Shown here: positions 9,678-19,912 of the stretch, piece by piece
How the letters are laid out: every line of letters begins with the position of its first letter
How positions within the stretch are numbered: position 1 is the stretch's first letter
IMG/VR virus record: IMGVR_UViG_3300025000_000056
DNA from: a virus
Taxonomy: Duplodnaviria > Heunggongvirae > Uroviricota > Caudoviricetes
Reading direction: 5' to 3' (one strand)
Length of the DNA stretch: 64,000 nucleotides
Made by a program: the position numbers and the translations under genes
The notes under the pieces: generated by a model
Told to the model about the DNA's origin: nothing
Databases searched by the model: none
What the model saw: only the letters and a program-made list of their open reading frames with translations

Positions 9678-11132
9678 TTAATCTATATCACTTGAAATAA
9701 AACTGTACGTCTCATAAATGGGGTTTCCATCAGGGTTTAATTGCTGAGTTACACCGGTCAATTGAATACCACGAATCGCCTTAACGGTCGTATTATATTT
9801 CACCATGTCCGGATAACCTTTATTGGCATTTTGTAAGATCTTAACGTCTTCGTTGATAGGTCCATAAGTAATATAAATATCGTAGCCGGTTGCTCTAAGT
9901 TTCTTAGTTTCACCTTTTTGATAGAAGTACGTCCGATTACGATAATCACTAACTGAAGTATCTAAGAAGCGCCGACCCCATATCTCGTTTTCTTGTTCTG
10001 TATATTTATTCTCAGATAACTTACTAGGATCCATTGCCGTCGCACCTGGAACCGTGCGACTATAGCTATCTACCATTAAGTCCGCCGTAGCATCATCCAT
10101 AATGCCGTTCGGTGTTAACCCTTTGCTTTTCTGAAAGGCTGCAAGCGCTAACTTTGTTGGGAAGTCAAAGTCACCAGTAACCCAACTATTATTAACAACT
10201 GCCGTACCCATCTCTAAAAATCTCTTAGTATCGGCATTCATACTCCCGGTCGGCGTTAAGCCAGCAAACGCTTGGAACTTCATTAGAGTAGATTTTGTAT
10301 AAGTACCAAATTTACCACGGACACCCACCGCATCCCATCCATCAACATCGTCATCAACCTGGAAACTCCTCCAGATAGGAGATGCTAGACGCTGTCTCAT
10401 CTGAGCAACGGATTCATAAATATGTTCAACGCCACCGTACGGTTGGTTGTTATCGTCATATTTTTGAACCATCTGCGACATATCCCAGTTAAATGTCGTA
10501 GGCTGAACCACAAGGTTTAGCTTATTGAATAGATGATCTTGCATCTCACTAATGCAACCTTTACCGGTAGCCTTGTAATTATGCATATCATAATTAGAAA
10601 GACCGACGTCCGCATCTTTCATTCCCATCTTCATAGGAACCTTCCAGTCACCCTTATGACTACGGCTATCTTGTACGGTTGTATCGGGCTTGTTCTTGGT
10701 CGGATCATTAAATAAGATATCTAAGGCGTCCTCAATTCTCTCTTTGATCGGAGAAGTCCATGCGGGCATATTCGCGGTCTCGCCGGTTGCTAAGTAGGCA
10801 AGTTCAGGTCTTGCGTAATCTCCAACGGACGCTACGTGATCAAGGATTGTATAAAGCCATCCCACTTCTTTAAAGGCTACAGTGAATTGTCCCGACACTA
10901 AACGATTTCCTCTAGCAACCTCATCATACGTATAAGAGGCATAGCCATAGATTGGCAAGACTTTTTCCTCTAAAGTAAATGATAGGCTTACGATATCATC
11001 AGCCCATACGTCACCAAAATAAACTGTAACATCAGAACCCGAGAAGTAGTCCTCTGGAAAGTATTGATATTCCGTCTGTTTCCTAGTATTTATAACTCCT
11101 GCAGGCGGAGAATCTAACGAATAATCTGTCAA
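9678..11132 (-). CDS. Tail tube-fold (tube initiator-like) protein with inserted peptidoglycan-binding repeats
   Basis: N-terminus (FSGSDVTVYFG..IYGYASY..RGNRLVSGQF) and C-terminus (YDIYITYG..IRGIQLTG..ETYSFISSD) align with the 243-aa tube; two PG_binding_1-like repeats (G.FG..TK..L..FQ...GL...G.M...T) in between. Confidence 0.75.
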   Translation of the reverse strand: MTDYSLDSPPAGVINTRKQTEYQYFPEDYFSGSDVTVYFGDVWADDIVSLSFTLEEKVLPIYGYASYTYDEVARGNRLVSGQFTVAFKEVGWLYTILDHVASVGDYARPELAYLATGETANMPAWTSPIKERIEDALDILFNDPTKNKPDTTVQDSRSHKGDWKVPMKMGMKDADVGLSNYDMHNYKATGKGCISEMQDHLFNKLNLVVQPTTFNWDMSQMVQKYDDNNQPYGGVEHIYESVAQMRQRLASPIWRSFQVDDDVDGWDAVGVRGKFGTYTKSTLMKFQAFAGLTPTGSMNADTKRFLEMGTAVVNNSWVTGDFDFPTKLALAAFQKSKGLTPNGIMDDATADLMVDSYSRTVPGATAMDPSKLSENKYTEQENEIWGRRFLDTSVSDYRNRTYFYQKGETKKLRATGYDIYITYGPINEDVKILQNANKGYPDMVKYNTTVKAIRGIQLTGVTQQLNPDGNPIYETYSFISSDID

Positions 11133-11144
11133 CTATTTCACCAC

Positions 11145-12644
11145 CTATGATGCATTTACAACGAAGTGCCAAGCTGTTTTAACGGGACCAATACACGTTA
11201 GCGTCGTACTGCTGGGTTGCATTAATGTAGCCCAGACTGTTATTTGCGCCTCGGCGGGTACGTTATAATCTGAGAATGGATTAAAGAACTTAACCTTCAT
11301 CCAATCACGAAGTCCTGCTATATCAATTGATCCGGGAATAGAATAAGCCGATCCATCACCGGCGAGTCCAAGCTGTGTATCTCCCGTACCGATATAAGAG
11401 ATATTGTACTTAGGAGATCTACTCTCCCGGACAACGATAACGTCCCAATGAATTGAATAACCAAGTCTGCTGATATCTTCAGTAAAGACTCCTTCGGTCA
11501 ATTTCATCGTTGCCTCACATTTACTAAAGACATCTTCTGCAAAGTGCGTAAACGGATCGATATAATTCGGCTCGGCAAGATAAGATCCTTCAGGGTAGTA
11601 TTTATATCGATTCGGCTTAGTAATTGTAAAGGTCATATCAAAGGTTTCGCCACCACTGACTGTAATAGTTCTCGCTGTTGATAAATCGCCGGATAAATTG
11701 ACTGTCACCGTAGTTCCATCTGGTATATGATTAAACGCTATTTGTCCTAAGGCATCGCTATTAGCTGCAGTTCTATTTGTTTGGCTGGAGCCAATCATCA
11801 TCGTAACGTTAGCATATTGTACAGGATCGCCATCATCATTTCGTATTTGAACTAATACAGTAGCCTCATTAGCGCCAGGTGTAATGGGCGCTATATCCTT
11901 CGTTGGATCGTAACTATAACTTCCACCATCTGCTCCGGTATATCTTGGAGCTGGTGGATAATTAGTAGTAGCCGTTATTAATCCAGCTCTAGAAGCTAGT
12001 TCTGCTTGTGCTTGGATTTGTGCTTCTTGATAAGCTTTAATTGCAGCTAATCGATCCGCTTCATCTACAGCGGCCGATAGTGTATTAAAATTAAAGATAC
12101 CAAGTTTCTCTGTAGCGTCCATGAGTTTAACACTACCTTCGACCTTCATATCAGAAGTCCATGGGCCGTCAACTAATTCAATATCACGAGCCCTATATGT
12201 AAAGGTGTTTTCAGTGTAGAGGTCTTGACTTGAAAGAATCATCCCATCATCAATAATATGAACACCATAGATAACAAGTTTTGCACCCGTTCCATATTCA
12301 TTACCAAAACTAATCAAGATATCAAAGGGTGGCAATTCATCGGTCTTAATAGGCTTGTTAATATTCTTAATAGCCGGAACCGAACGTCGTATATCGTTTG
12401 TCATACTACGTTCGATTAACGTCATAATCATAGATCCTGCAATCGTACGTGGTCCTTTTGATAGGCCTTTTTCACTAATACGTCCTAATGTTCTAACGGG
12501 CGCAACTTCTCTAAAGGTTGAATAAGATATCGTCGAAGCCTTACCAACGGCTATTGGAGCGCTTCCTGGAAATAAGAACTGTACGACCATATCAACTCCC
12601 GAAAAGGATCCATAGTATGGATTAAGACTTGCCTCACTTAACAT
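11145..12644 (-). CDS. Tail tube-fold protein with C-terminal Ig/carboxypeptidase-regulatory-like extension
   Basis: First ~160 aa match the tube paralogue (SFSGVDM..TISYS..RTLG..RTIAGS..LPPFDILISFGNEYG); then VLVQIRNDDGDPVQYANV..SDALGQIAFNHIP beta-sandwich. Confidence 0.72.
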   Translation of the reverse strand: MLSEASLNPYYGSFSGVDMVVQFLFPGSAPIAVGKASTISYSTFREVAPVRTLGRISEKGLSKGPRTIAGSMIMTLIERSMTNDIRRSVPAIKNINKPIKTDELPPFDILISFGNEYGTGAKLVIYGVHIIDDGMILSSQDLYTENTFTYRARDIELVDGPWTSDMKVEGSVKLMDATEKLGIFNFNTLSAAVDEADRLAAIKAYQEAQIQAQAELASRAGLITATTNYPPAPRYTGADGGSYSYDPTKDIAPITPGANEATVLVQIRNDDGDPVQYANVTMMIGSSQTNRTAANSDALGQIAFNHIPDGTTVTVNLSGDLSTARTITVSGGETFDMTFTITKPNRYKYYPEGSYLAEPNYIDPFTHFAEDVFSKCEATMKLTEGVFTEDISRLGYSIHWDVIVVRESRSPKYNISYIGTGDTQLGLAGDGSAYSIPGSIDIAGLRDWMKVKFFNPFSDYNVPAEAQITVWATLMQPSSTTLTCIGPVKTAWHFVVNAS

Positions 12645-12659
12645 CTTGTCAACTCCCCA

Positions 12660-12687
12660 ATAGGCCGGTAGATATCTACCGGCCTAT
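12660..12687. repeat. Perfect 28-bp palindrome, intergenic
   Basis: ATAGGCCGGTAGAT|ATCTACCGGCCTAT between tube gene stop and next RBS. Confidence 0.9.
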
Positions 12688-12700
12688 GATTTACAAAAGA

Positions 12701-13432
12701 TTAATAAACTGCTGTGCCGCTTGTAACCCCTGTATCAGAACGAGTGAATACGCCACTGGTTAAAGGAGAAAGTCTTCGAGCAATAAAGGTCATATGACGC
12801 TCCATGACAATACTATCAACTGACACGCCCGATCCGTCATTCAAGATATCAATATCATAGATGCGCTGGAAAGCAGCTTGGCCGTATTCATTGGCGAACG
12901 TCATCGTAATATCAAACGGAGGCAACATATCAGCATACAAGATATTTCCACTTTGAATCAATGCGAATCCAGGTGGCACATTGATATCAACGCCGGTTCC
13001 ATTAATTGCAATGTTAGTAGTAGGTACCACATCAGTAGAACCAGAGGCGGGAGTCGTAGCTAATGTGGAAACCGTATCGTTCCAGCCGGCCATACTGAGA
13101 AGATTCGAGAAATCCTCAGAACCTCGACTTGCAATGTTTCCTGCAGCCGTAAACATGGCCGGAGGCGCAATTGAATTCCAGTTAGCTTCTTTAGTTAACT
13201 CGGCAATAAGAGCGTCCCGATCGAACATTGCGAAAGCGAGTTGGCCAGCGATTCCACGTTTTCCTCTGGAAAAACTTCTCGGATCTGGGGATCCCAGGGT
13301 ATAGACAGGAGCCTTCTCACGTTGAATTCCGTAGCTGATTGATTGAAGTTCGCCGATAACAACGGGGCCAAAATTGACAATCAGGTCGGCACCACTAAAT
13401 GAAGTAATCGTTTTAATAGAAGAACTTGCCAT
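12701..13432 (-). CDS. Major tail tube protein
   Basis: 243 aa immediately after sheath; SFSGADLIV..LQSISYGIQREKAPVYTLGSPDPRSFSRGKRGIAG..LPPFDITMTFANEYG. Confidence 0.8.
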   Translation of the reverse strand: MASSSIKTITSFSGADLIVNFGPVVIGELQSISYGIQREKAPVYTLGSPDPRSFSRGKRGIAGQLAFAMFDRDALIAELTKEANWNSIAPPAMFTAAGNIASRGSEDFSNLLSMAGWNDTVSTLATTPASGSTDVVPTTNIAINGTGVDINVPPGFALIQSGNILYADMLPPFDITMTFANEYGQAAFQRIYDIDILNDGSGVSVDSIVMERHMTFIARRLSPLTSGVFTRSDTGVTSGTAVY

Positions 13433-13460
13433 TATAAAACCCTCCTTATTGGGTTTAGAT

Positions 13461-13492
13461 TTCTGACAGTGACAAATTTGTCACTGTCAGAA
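13461..13492. repeat. Perfect 32-bp palindrome, intergenic
   Basis: TTCTGACAGTGACAAA|TTTGTCACTGTCAGAA between sheath stop and tube RBS. Confidence 0.9.
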
Positions 13493-13499
13493 TCAAGAA

Positions 13500-15989
13500 T
13501 TAGAGTGACGGTTTTAACGACACTATCGTTGTAATTTTACGCAGTTCCATCGGAGGAACAATAGTTAACTCGATCTTCGCCTGGCCCATGAGTTGATCCT
13601 GTAACGTAGAGATAATTTGGAACTCAGAACCTTGGATAACGCCAAGTTCTTTAAGTTTATCCAGACGTTTACTAATAGCCGAAGAGAGGGCATTTCGTTG
13701 CGATACATCGTTCGGTTCTCCAATGAAGGGATCAGATACCTCACGGATTTGATCAACGCACTCTTTAACGGCACGAACCGTTGAAAGACGAGTATAATCA
13801 GATCCTACTTGAGCGGCTGTAGGGGCGTCGGTTACAGCGACATTAGCACCGTTATTCTTAAGCTTAAATGTGGTATAACGGGCAGCCGCTAAACGATCAA
13901 GTTGTCCATTCGAGAATTCATAACGAAGTCCCTTAGCAGACGTTACGATCTTGTTCGTTGGAGCACTTTGAGGAGGCAAAGTGGAAACGAATCCACCAAG
14001 AACCGGTGCTGAGTTTGTAGCATAGATACCCAAGCGACTATGTCTTAACACGAGGTCTGGCCCTGCTAATACCTCAATAAAGCGACCAAGATCAATTAAG
14101 TTATCGTCTGAATCTTTGAGTTGATTACCGGCTCTGTCGATCATAAAGAAGTTAAGCGGTTTGCCTTCTAACTTTCTAACATGCGCTTCAATTGAAGCCA
14201 GAGTTGTATCAACTGGAGAACTCGTAGCGATAACACCGGTTGTCATGCGATTGCGATGACTCATAACAGCACATGCAAGAGCCAATTGATATGCGAAGTT
14301 GTCGTTTTTACGGACAAGCGTATCGTCTGCAAAAACACCAATTGGAATTACGATATCACAGGAATAGTTTTCTAAGAGCTGATAGACACCAATCTCCAAG
14401 AGATTACCCTGCTCATCTCGTTTACCGCCAAGGCATTCATACATCTCTTCTTTACTCAGGTTAAGTCCATCATTTCCATCCGTAAAGTTAAAGATAAGAA
14501 CATCCTTTAACGTTGAAGATTGTTGTTTCGGAAATAGAGTCGATGCCTTAACAACATTGTTTTTAGAATCGGCATTGATCACTCGAACCATAATATCGAA
14601 CGTAGGATAATCAAGGCTACTATAAATCAGAGGAGTCTCATTAACCTGGAACTTCTTAGAGTTCGGCTTGGTAATGCGTACTTCCTTGCCGATGACTGAG
14701 CCTCCGGCAGTGGTGACATTAACAACTTCAATCTGCAGGTCATTATAGAGTTCTCCGCCATAGACTGACTGGAAGTCAATCGTAGGATTCGCACTATCGC
14801 TTGCATAGTAATTGTAATTAGCACTAATTAGATCAAGGGATGAGACATTGTCAAGATTGAGAGAAACACTCATGCCGTCATCAGACAATGTGAAATCCTT
14901 AGTATCAATGGCGATACTTGAATTCTTGTAAAGCTGAATAGCCTTAGGATCATTTACAGCATGCTGGAGAGAGAACACTTGAGCAGCGCCAGTCGTCTTA
15001 TTGCCATTTTCAGTAACGCTGCAAAGTACATTAGAGGCATTTGTATAATTGTAAGCCACTCCAATATAACTTCCTACGTTGGCAACATTAGCATGTAAGA
15101 CATAAGAGGTTCCGGTCTCCGATAGATGATACTGTCCACTCTCCGGAATAATATCAGTAGCAGGAATTGCAGCATAAGCCATAAAGCTAAATGTGCAAGT
15201 CAGCGTAGTTAAGTCGCCGCCGCCAGCTCCAATATTAATGACCAATCCATCACCTAAGTCAAAGGCTTGCGATCCAGCGCCACCAAGCTCGGTAATGACC
15301 GTTCCATCTAAGAGAGTTATCTCAGAAGCTTCAAGAGACTCAGCCACGGCAGTTACCGTGATAACGTATTCTTTGCTATCTGCTCCGGTAAAGTAACCAT
15401 CAATAGTAGCAAGAGTACCGGCATCGCTCAAGGTTATTTCGCTTAATTCACTGGCAGTTTCGAGAGTTGCTGGAATCTCTGCTTCTCCGAGAATTAATGG
15501 AATATTGCTGATGGTTATCTTCAAGCTATCATTGTCGAGCTGATTTGCAGGATCATTAGACAAGATCTTTAAGAGATACGTTGCAGCATCGTTGCCGTTA
15601 GCAAATCCTAATTGCTCATCCTGAACAGAAGTAAGCACTTGGGATGTAATGCTATCAGAATCGATTCCGATGGAAGCCGTTGCTGGCTCACCTGAGATTC
15701 TCATAAGTCGAATGTCTCGACACCCAATACCATAGGCCTCTTCAAACCCTTGAGTTAGAGTCGCACCATTTGGAATTCCATTAGAATAAGTAGCTTTACC
15801 AAAAATAGATTCAGCAGAAGCTGGATCAACCGATACAGGTTGAAGTATTGGCCCGTCCGTTGCTGTTCCGAGCAATAAGACGGCCTCAGTACTAGGCGGA
15901 GCTACATCTGTTTTAAGTTGTAAACCTCCGTCTTTCAGTTCAACTAAATGACCAGGAAGATTAGGATACGAGTCTTTAATTCCTGCCAT
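13500..15989 (-). CDS. Contractile tail sheath protein (major), with large internal insertion
   Basis: 829 aa; N-term LLGTATDGP..AESIFG; C-term SAPTNK..LRYEFS..RYTTFK..VRAVKECVDQIR..FIGEPN..ELTIVPPMELRKI, typical sheath C-domain. Confidence 0.88.
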   Translation of the reverse strand: MAGIKDSYPNLPGHLVELKDGGLQLKTDVAPPSTEAVLLLGTATDGPILQPVSVDPASAESIFGKATYSNGIPNGATLTQGFEEAYGIGCRDIRLMRISGEPATASIGIDSDSITSQVLTSVQDEQLGFANGNDAATYLLKILSNDPANQLDNDSLKITISNIPLILGEAEIPATLETASELSEITLSDAGTLATIDGYFTGADSKEYVITVTAVAESLEASEITLLDGTVITELGGAGSQAFDLGDGLVINIGAGGGDLTTLTCTFSFMAYAAIPATDIIPESGQYHLSETGTSYVLHANVANVGSYIGVAYNYTNASNVLCSVTENGNKTTGAAQVFSLQHAVNDPKAIQLYKNSSIAIDTKDFTLSDDGMSVSLNLDNVSSLDLISANYNYYASDSANPTIDFQSVYGGELYNDLQIEVVNVTTAGGSVIGKEVRITKPNSKKFQVNETPLIYSSLDYPTFDIMVRVINADSKNNVVKASTLFPKQQSSTLKDVLIFNFTDGNDGLNLSKEEMYECLGGKRDEQGNLLEIGVYQLLENYSCDIVIPIGVFADDTLVRKNDNFAYQLALACAVMSHRNRMTTGVIATSSPVDTTLASIEAHVRKLEGKPLNFFMIDRAGNQLKDSDDNLIDLGRFIEVLAGPDLVLRHSRLGIYATNSAPVLGGFVSTLPPQSAPTNKIVTSAKGLRYEFSNGQLDRLAAARYTTFKLKNNGANVAVTDAPTAAQVGSDYTRLSTVRAVKECVDQIREVSDPFIGEPNDVSQRNALSSAISKRLDKLKELGVIQGSEFQIISTLQDQLMGQAKIELTIVPPMELRKITTIVSLKPSL

Positions 15990-16003
15990 TTTAATATTCC
16001 CCC

Positions 16004-16642
16004 TTAATAGATGTTGTTGAGTATAATATCCCGTTCTTCATTTAAAGAAGGGGGATAAGCAATTGTTGATTCACCGGTACTAGGATTTAGAACTTCGATC
16101 TGCTGCTCGAGAATTCTAATAGCATAAGAACGTCTCTCATGAATGCGTTCTAATTGAATGCCATAACGAATTGCAACATACGGAATATCTTGACGATAAC
16201 GAGTATTAACTTCTGGCTTAGTCATTTCAATAAATACTATTTCTGCAATACCTAGATTCTTGAAGATACCGGTATACGTAAATATGAATTCTTCAAGTTG
16301 TTCAGCCCGGCTCATAGCACCGCTTGATGTCTTATCCCAACAAACAAAATCTAAGATACAATCATAACGTTGTCTATATTCAGAGATTGTATAACCAGGA
16401 TTATCTGGATCTGGATAGGTATTGTATAAAACCGGCTTGATGTTCTTTATGGACTTACTGGGTTTTCTACTTACTTGGACGTAGGTAATTTGAGGCATTG
16501 GTGCTTCATGATCATTATATTTAGGCATCTCTGCCGTAAACTTACCCCAGTCTTTTCCCCATGCCGCTTCAAGGATCGGTTTAAGTCGGTCAGTTAGACC
16601 ATTGATATCAGTATTTGCATGAGCATATTGTCTATCAGTCAT
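16004..16642 (-). CDS. Putative tail completion/terminator protein
   Basis: 212 aa between the two sheath paralogues; call is mainly from synteny and a predicted alpha/beta fold. Confidence 0.45.
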   Translation of the reverse strand: MTDRQYAHANTDINGLTDRLKPILEAAWGKDWGKFTAEMPKYNDHEAPMPQITYVQVSRKPSKSIKNIKPVLYNTYPDPDNPGYTISEYRQRYDCILDFVCWDKTSSGAMSRAEQLEEFIFTYTGIFKNLGIAEIVFIEMTKPEVNTRYRQDIPYVAIRYGIQLERIHERRSYAIRILEQQIEVLNPSTGESTIAYPPSLNEERDIILNNIY

Positions 16643-16653
16643 TTGACACCTCC

Positions 16654-18264
16654 TTATGGATTTGTAAACATAACTCCTGCTGAAGTTGATATAAAGTCAA
16701 TAGCATAGAGTGTCAATAAATCCAGTGCTATGTATCCGCGGCCATTATTATTGAATGAAATAGACACTCGAAAATCTTGAATAACCTTCGCCGTTTTTAG
16801 GGCATTAAGCTTTTCGTTAAGTTGCTTGTCCATCTCTTTCTTCTTAATGATTGGTGTATAGGGCTCGCCAATAACATTATTAACTAATAAGTTGATCTCA
16901 GAGAGAACAGCTTGCACCTGTCTGACATTGATCATACTATGTAAATCAGACGAACTAAGGGCGGCTGTAACTCCACTTGAAATTACAAGACTCTCAGAAT
17001 TGACACTATAACGAAATGTCACGATACCCATATTGGACAGCTCATAAATCTCATTTGTTGTAAATTCATAACGTAGAGTATTAAGTCCTGGAATTGGCTG
17101 ATTTGTAGGGGTGGCACTCGCTCCGAGATTTGTAAGCATCGCCGCATAGATCGCGGCGCAATTATCTGTATACTCGGTTTCTAATCCTTCATTAAAGACG
17201 GCTTCCGCTGCGACTAAAGAAACATAATAACCCTGATCGATATACTCTCCGCCGTCAAAAACTGTTAGATCAAAGCGAGTTTTAAAGGCCGTAGCATTTG
17301 CAAGCTTAACAATATATGAATACTCGGTCGTCACGTCGCTAACATTTGTGATGGGCTTAAATCCTAAAACACCGTGTGTCATAAAACCAAAGTTCATTTG
17401 ACGCATGCAAAAGTCAATTAACTGACCATGGAACGTACAGGCCTTATAATTATTCTTTACATCAACGAGATCTAAAACATCGTCACCATCGCTATAGTAT
17501 CCGTCACCCCAGGAATTCTCGCCATAAATTGTTACCGGATGGACATCGTCAAAATAGACACCTAATGGTAATATGATATCCGCATAGATACCTTCAAGCA
17601 GGCCATAGGTTTCATTTAACTCGACATAGAGGTCGTTCTTACTGAGCGTTACTCCGTCATTACCTCCGATTAGATTAGCACGGAGATTTAGATTAGGACC
17701 AACAATAGCCTGAGAACTTTCTAAACCATAAGGTGTCGATGCGTATACTAAACTTTGTCCACTATCGGTATCTTGATTAATCGACTGACATAGTCTTCCG
17801 AGCGTCGAAAAGTCTGATAAGAAGTAAAGCTTAGGTGATATATTATAGCTATCAGGAAAGATAAGCCTCAAGCATGCTTTAGATATATCATCAACCGGAT
17901 CAACCATATAATCAAGCATTATACAGACCTGATTATAGAGCGATCCACCATATTTAGAGCGAAATCTAAGCAACGTATCGACTTTATACTTACTTGTTAA
18001 TCCGGTTAGATCCAGCGTAGCGTAATCGCCAGTAAAACGAACAAGGTAGACCGTAATGGTTTTATCCGTATCGTAAACTTGTTGATATCCCTTAAGTAAG
18101 GTACCATTGCCGGGGTCACCAAAGATAGAAGCAGCTTGCGTTGGATTAAGCACCATAATAGGTTCTTTAATCGGGCCATCGTTCGATGTTCCAAGAAGTA
18201 TTAAGGTCTTCCCAATGGTCGGAGAACGAGGAGCGCTTGCTCTGTAGAGATCATAATAGATCAA
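16654..18264 (-). CDS. Second tail sheath paralogue
   Basis: LLGTSNDGPIKEP..AASIFG and TPTNQPIPG..LRYEF..GIVTFR..INVRQVQ..IGEPY match the 829-aa sheath. Start re-assigned to TTG 18264 (GGAGGGAG RBS; removes overlap with the upstream gene); the track start is 18393. Confidence 0.8.
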   Translation of the reverse strand: MIYYDLYRASAPRSPTIGKTLILLGTSNDGPIKEPIMVLNPTQAASIFGDPGNGTLLKGYQQVYDTDKTITVYLVRFTGDYATLDLTGLTSKYKVDTLLRFRSKYGGSLYNQVCIMLDYMVDPVDDISKACLRLIFPDSYNISPKLYFLSDFSTLGRLCQSINQDTDSGQSLVYASTPYGLESSQAIVGPNLNLRANLIGGNDGVTLSKNDLYVELNETYGLLEGIYADIILPLGVYFDDVHPVTIYGENSWGDGYYSDGDDVLDLVDVKNNYKACTFHGQLIDFCMRQMNFGFMTHGVLGFKPITNVSDVTTEYSYIVKLANATAFKTRFDLTVFDGGEYIDQGYYVSLVAAEAVFNEGLETEYTDNCAAIYAAMLTNLGASATPTNQPIPGLNTLRYEFTTNEIYELSNMGIVTFRYSVNSESLVISSGVTAALSSSDLHSMINVRQVQAVLSEINLLVNNVIGEPYTPIIKKKEMDKQLNEKLNALKTAKVIQDFRVSISFNNNGRGYIALDLLTLYAIDFISTSAGVMFTNP

Positions 18265-18271
18265 TGAATTC

Positions 18272-18802
18272 TCAACTCCCTCCGACAATTTCATAATTCT
18301 TCTTGGATCCGATCGAATGAATAGTCCACTCTTTAAACTTAAAATCGATAGCTTCTGCCTTACTCGCTGCAAAGTAGAACTCAATACGCCCATTGTCTCC
18401 GCGTTTAGCTTCAGAGTGTGATAGCTTAAAACAGCGATGCAGATTTACAGGACGATCCTTATTCCATCCTACTTCATAAATCAAATCACCTATTTGAGGA
18501 TGAACATCGTGCTTAAAGTGGTAAACATTTGCGGGTGTATAGATATAACCCAAAGGCCCCATCGTGTTTAATCCTGGCTTACTAACAACTAAGCTCTGAT
18601 TCTGAGAGTAAGTTTTATGTTTTTCAATCCGGTTGACCCAACCTGATCCATAGCAGATAGGACAGTGAGAATCCGGTTCTTGGTACTTTTCCTTAAAACA
18701 GGAGCAATGGATTTTACGGCTTGTCCGTTGAAGCAAAACGTAATAACCGTAATCCTTAAGAATGTCATCAATCTCCTTACGTAAATCAATATTATTACGC
18801 AT
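18272..18802 (-). CDS. Putative head closure/neck protein with Cys4 motif
   Basis: 176 aa; CSC..CPICYGSG; position between adaptor-like gene and sheath. Confidence 0.5.
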   Translation of the reverse strand: MRNNIDLRKEIDDILKDYGYYVLLQRTSRKIHCSCFKEKYQEPDSHCPICYGSGWVNRIEKHKTYSQNQSLVVSKPGLNTMGPLGYIYTPANVYHFKHDVHPQIGDLIYEVGWNKDRPVNLHRCFKLSHSEAKRGDNGRIEFYFAASKAEAIDFKFKEWTIHSIGSKKNYEIVGGS

Positions 18803-19392
18803 TAGATCGAACTACGCTTTACAAGTAGATTATCTGTCGCCATAGCCGACGTAGTCTCTGTAATGCTAGGCGCAAAGAGTTTGTGCTTCGTATAGCCTCG
18901 TACAGCACTTTGAGCAAGAGCTCTTGCTCCAAAGAGTGCTCTGTACCAACGATTCGTATCATCTTGAAGCCCCTTCAAGACCCTTGCCATTTGAGGAGCT
19001 TTAGAATCACGGATAACTTTAAGATCGCCTAAATCCTTTTCTTCTGACCCAACATTTAGGGATTTACTAATGAGTATCTCGGTTGCCATATTTAAGGCCA
19101 CGGCACTTGATACATATCGTCTAATTTTGTAAGTATAGTCTTCAAAGACCTTAGTACTTGGCCAAGACGTTAAAACAAACAGACTAACTTGCCAAATCAT
19201 AAAATTGATCTCTTCATCCGTAAAGTCATCAGCAAGACCAGACGCTGAATTACGCACAAGCTTCGGTGTTGAGTAATAAGGACTATAACGTGATGTAAAG
19301 CTCCAAGCATAATCTGTACTGCCAAGTTTAACTTTAATCGAATAAAGTTGGTTATTCTTTAAAGTAGGATTATTATCATAAAGTTGTAGCAC
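18802..19392 (-). CDS. Putative head-tail adaptor protein
   Basis: 196 aa, GTG start with GAGGTG RBS; helical FTDEEINFMI..YVSSAVAL..EKDLGDLKV pattern; synteny. Confidence 0.5.
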   Translation of the reverse strand: MLQLYDNNPTLKNNQLYSIKVKLGSTDYAWSFTSRYSPYYSTPKLVRNSASGLADDFTDEEINFMIWQVSLFVLTSWPSTKVFEDYTYKIRRYVSSAVALNMATEILISKSLNVGSEEKDLGDLKVIRDSKAPQMARVLKGLQDDTNRWYRALFGARALAQSAVRGYTKHKLFAPSITETTSAMATDNLLVKRSSI

Positions 19393-19401
19393 TTAATCAC
19401 C

Positions 19402-19908
19402 TCAATCTTGACGCACAATAACTACCCAATCTACTTCTAAAGGTGAAGTGAAAGTAATAGTTGTTTTATCAGTTTCTATATAGTCGTAGTTCTTTCTCTG
19501 AAGAAGTCCGTTTAAATACACTTGCAAAGAATTGGTGTTTGTTATATAAGGCTTGTCCAGCGAGATAATCACTTGGTCTACTTGATCTACGATGATTTCT
19601 TGATAATACCTATTTTCAAGATTCAAAGAAAACGAACGGACAATAAAGAGTAATTCGTCACCAAGCTTAAGGGGTAAAATAAAACGAACGGTCGTCTCAT
19701 TGATTTCAATATAGTCTAAGATAACATACTGTAACAAACCATTTAAGTAGATTTCAAGCTGATTATATCCAAGATCGTAAGCGCCCGTTGTGATAGAAAC
19801 ATCAGTTTGATCCTCAATATCAATCGTTATCTTTTCATAAACTTTATTGGTTATTGGAATTAAAGCATCCGTAGATGAACCTTGATTAATCAAGAATTTG
19901 ATCGACAT
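19402..19908 (-). CDS. Virion protein with two tandem LxxYLNGLLQ...DYIE beta-domains
   Basis: Internal duplication LEIYLNGLLQYVILDYIE / LQVYLNGLLQRKNYDYIE. Confidence 0.75.
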   Translation of the reverse strand: MSIKFLINQGSSTDALIPITNKVYEKITIDIEDQTDVSITTGAYDLGYNQLEIYLNGLLQYVILDYIEINETTVRFILPLKLGDELLFIVRSFSLNLENRYYQEIIVDQVDQVIISLDKPYITNTNSLQVYLNGLLQRKNYDYIETDKTTITFTSPLEVDWVVIVRQD

Positions 19909-19912
19909 ATCA

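Noticed and set aside
9678-18264. Interpreting the tail cluster as a stand-alone eCIS or tailocin
   Set aside because: Capsid, portal, protease, terminase and lysis genes are contiguous, so it is a complete phage.
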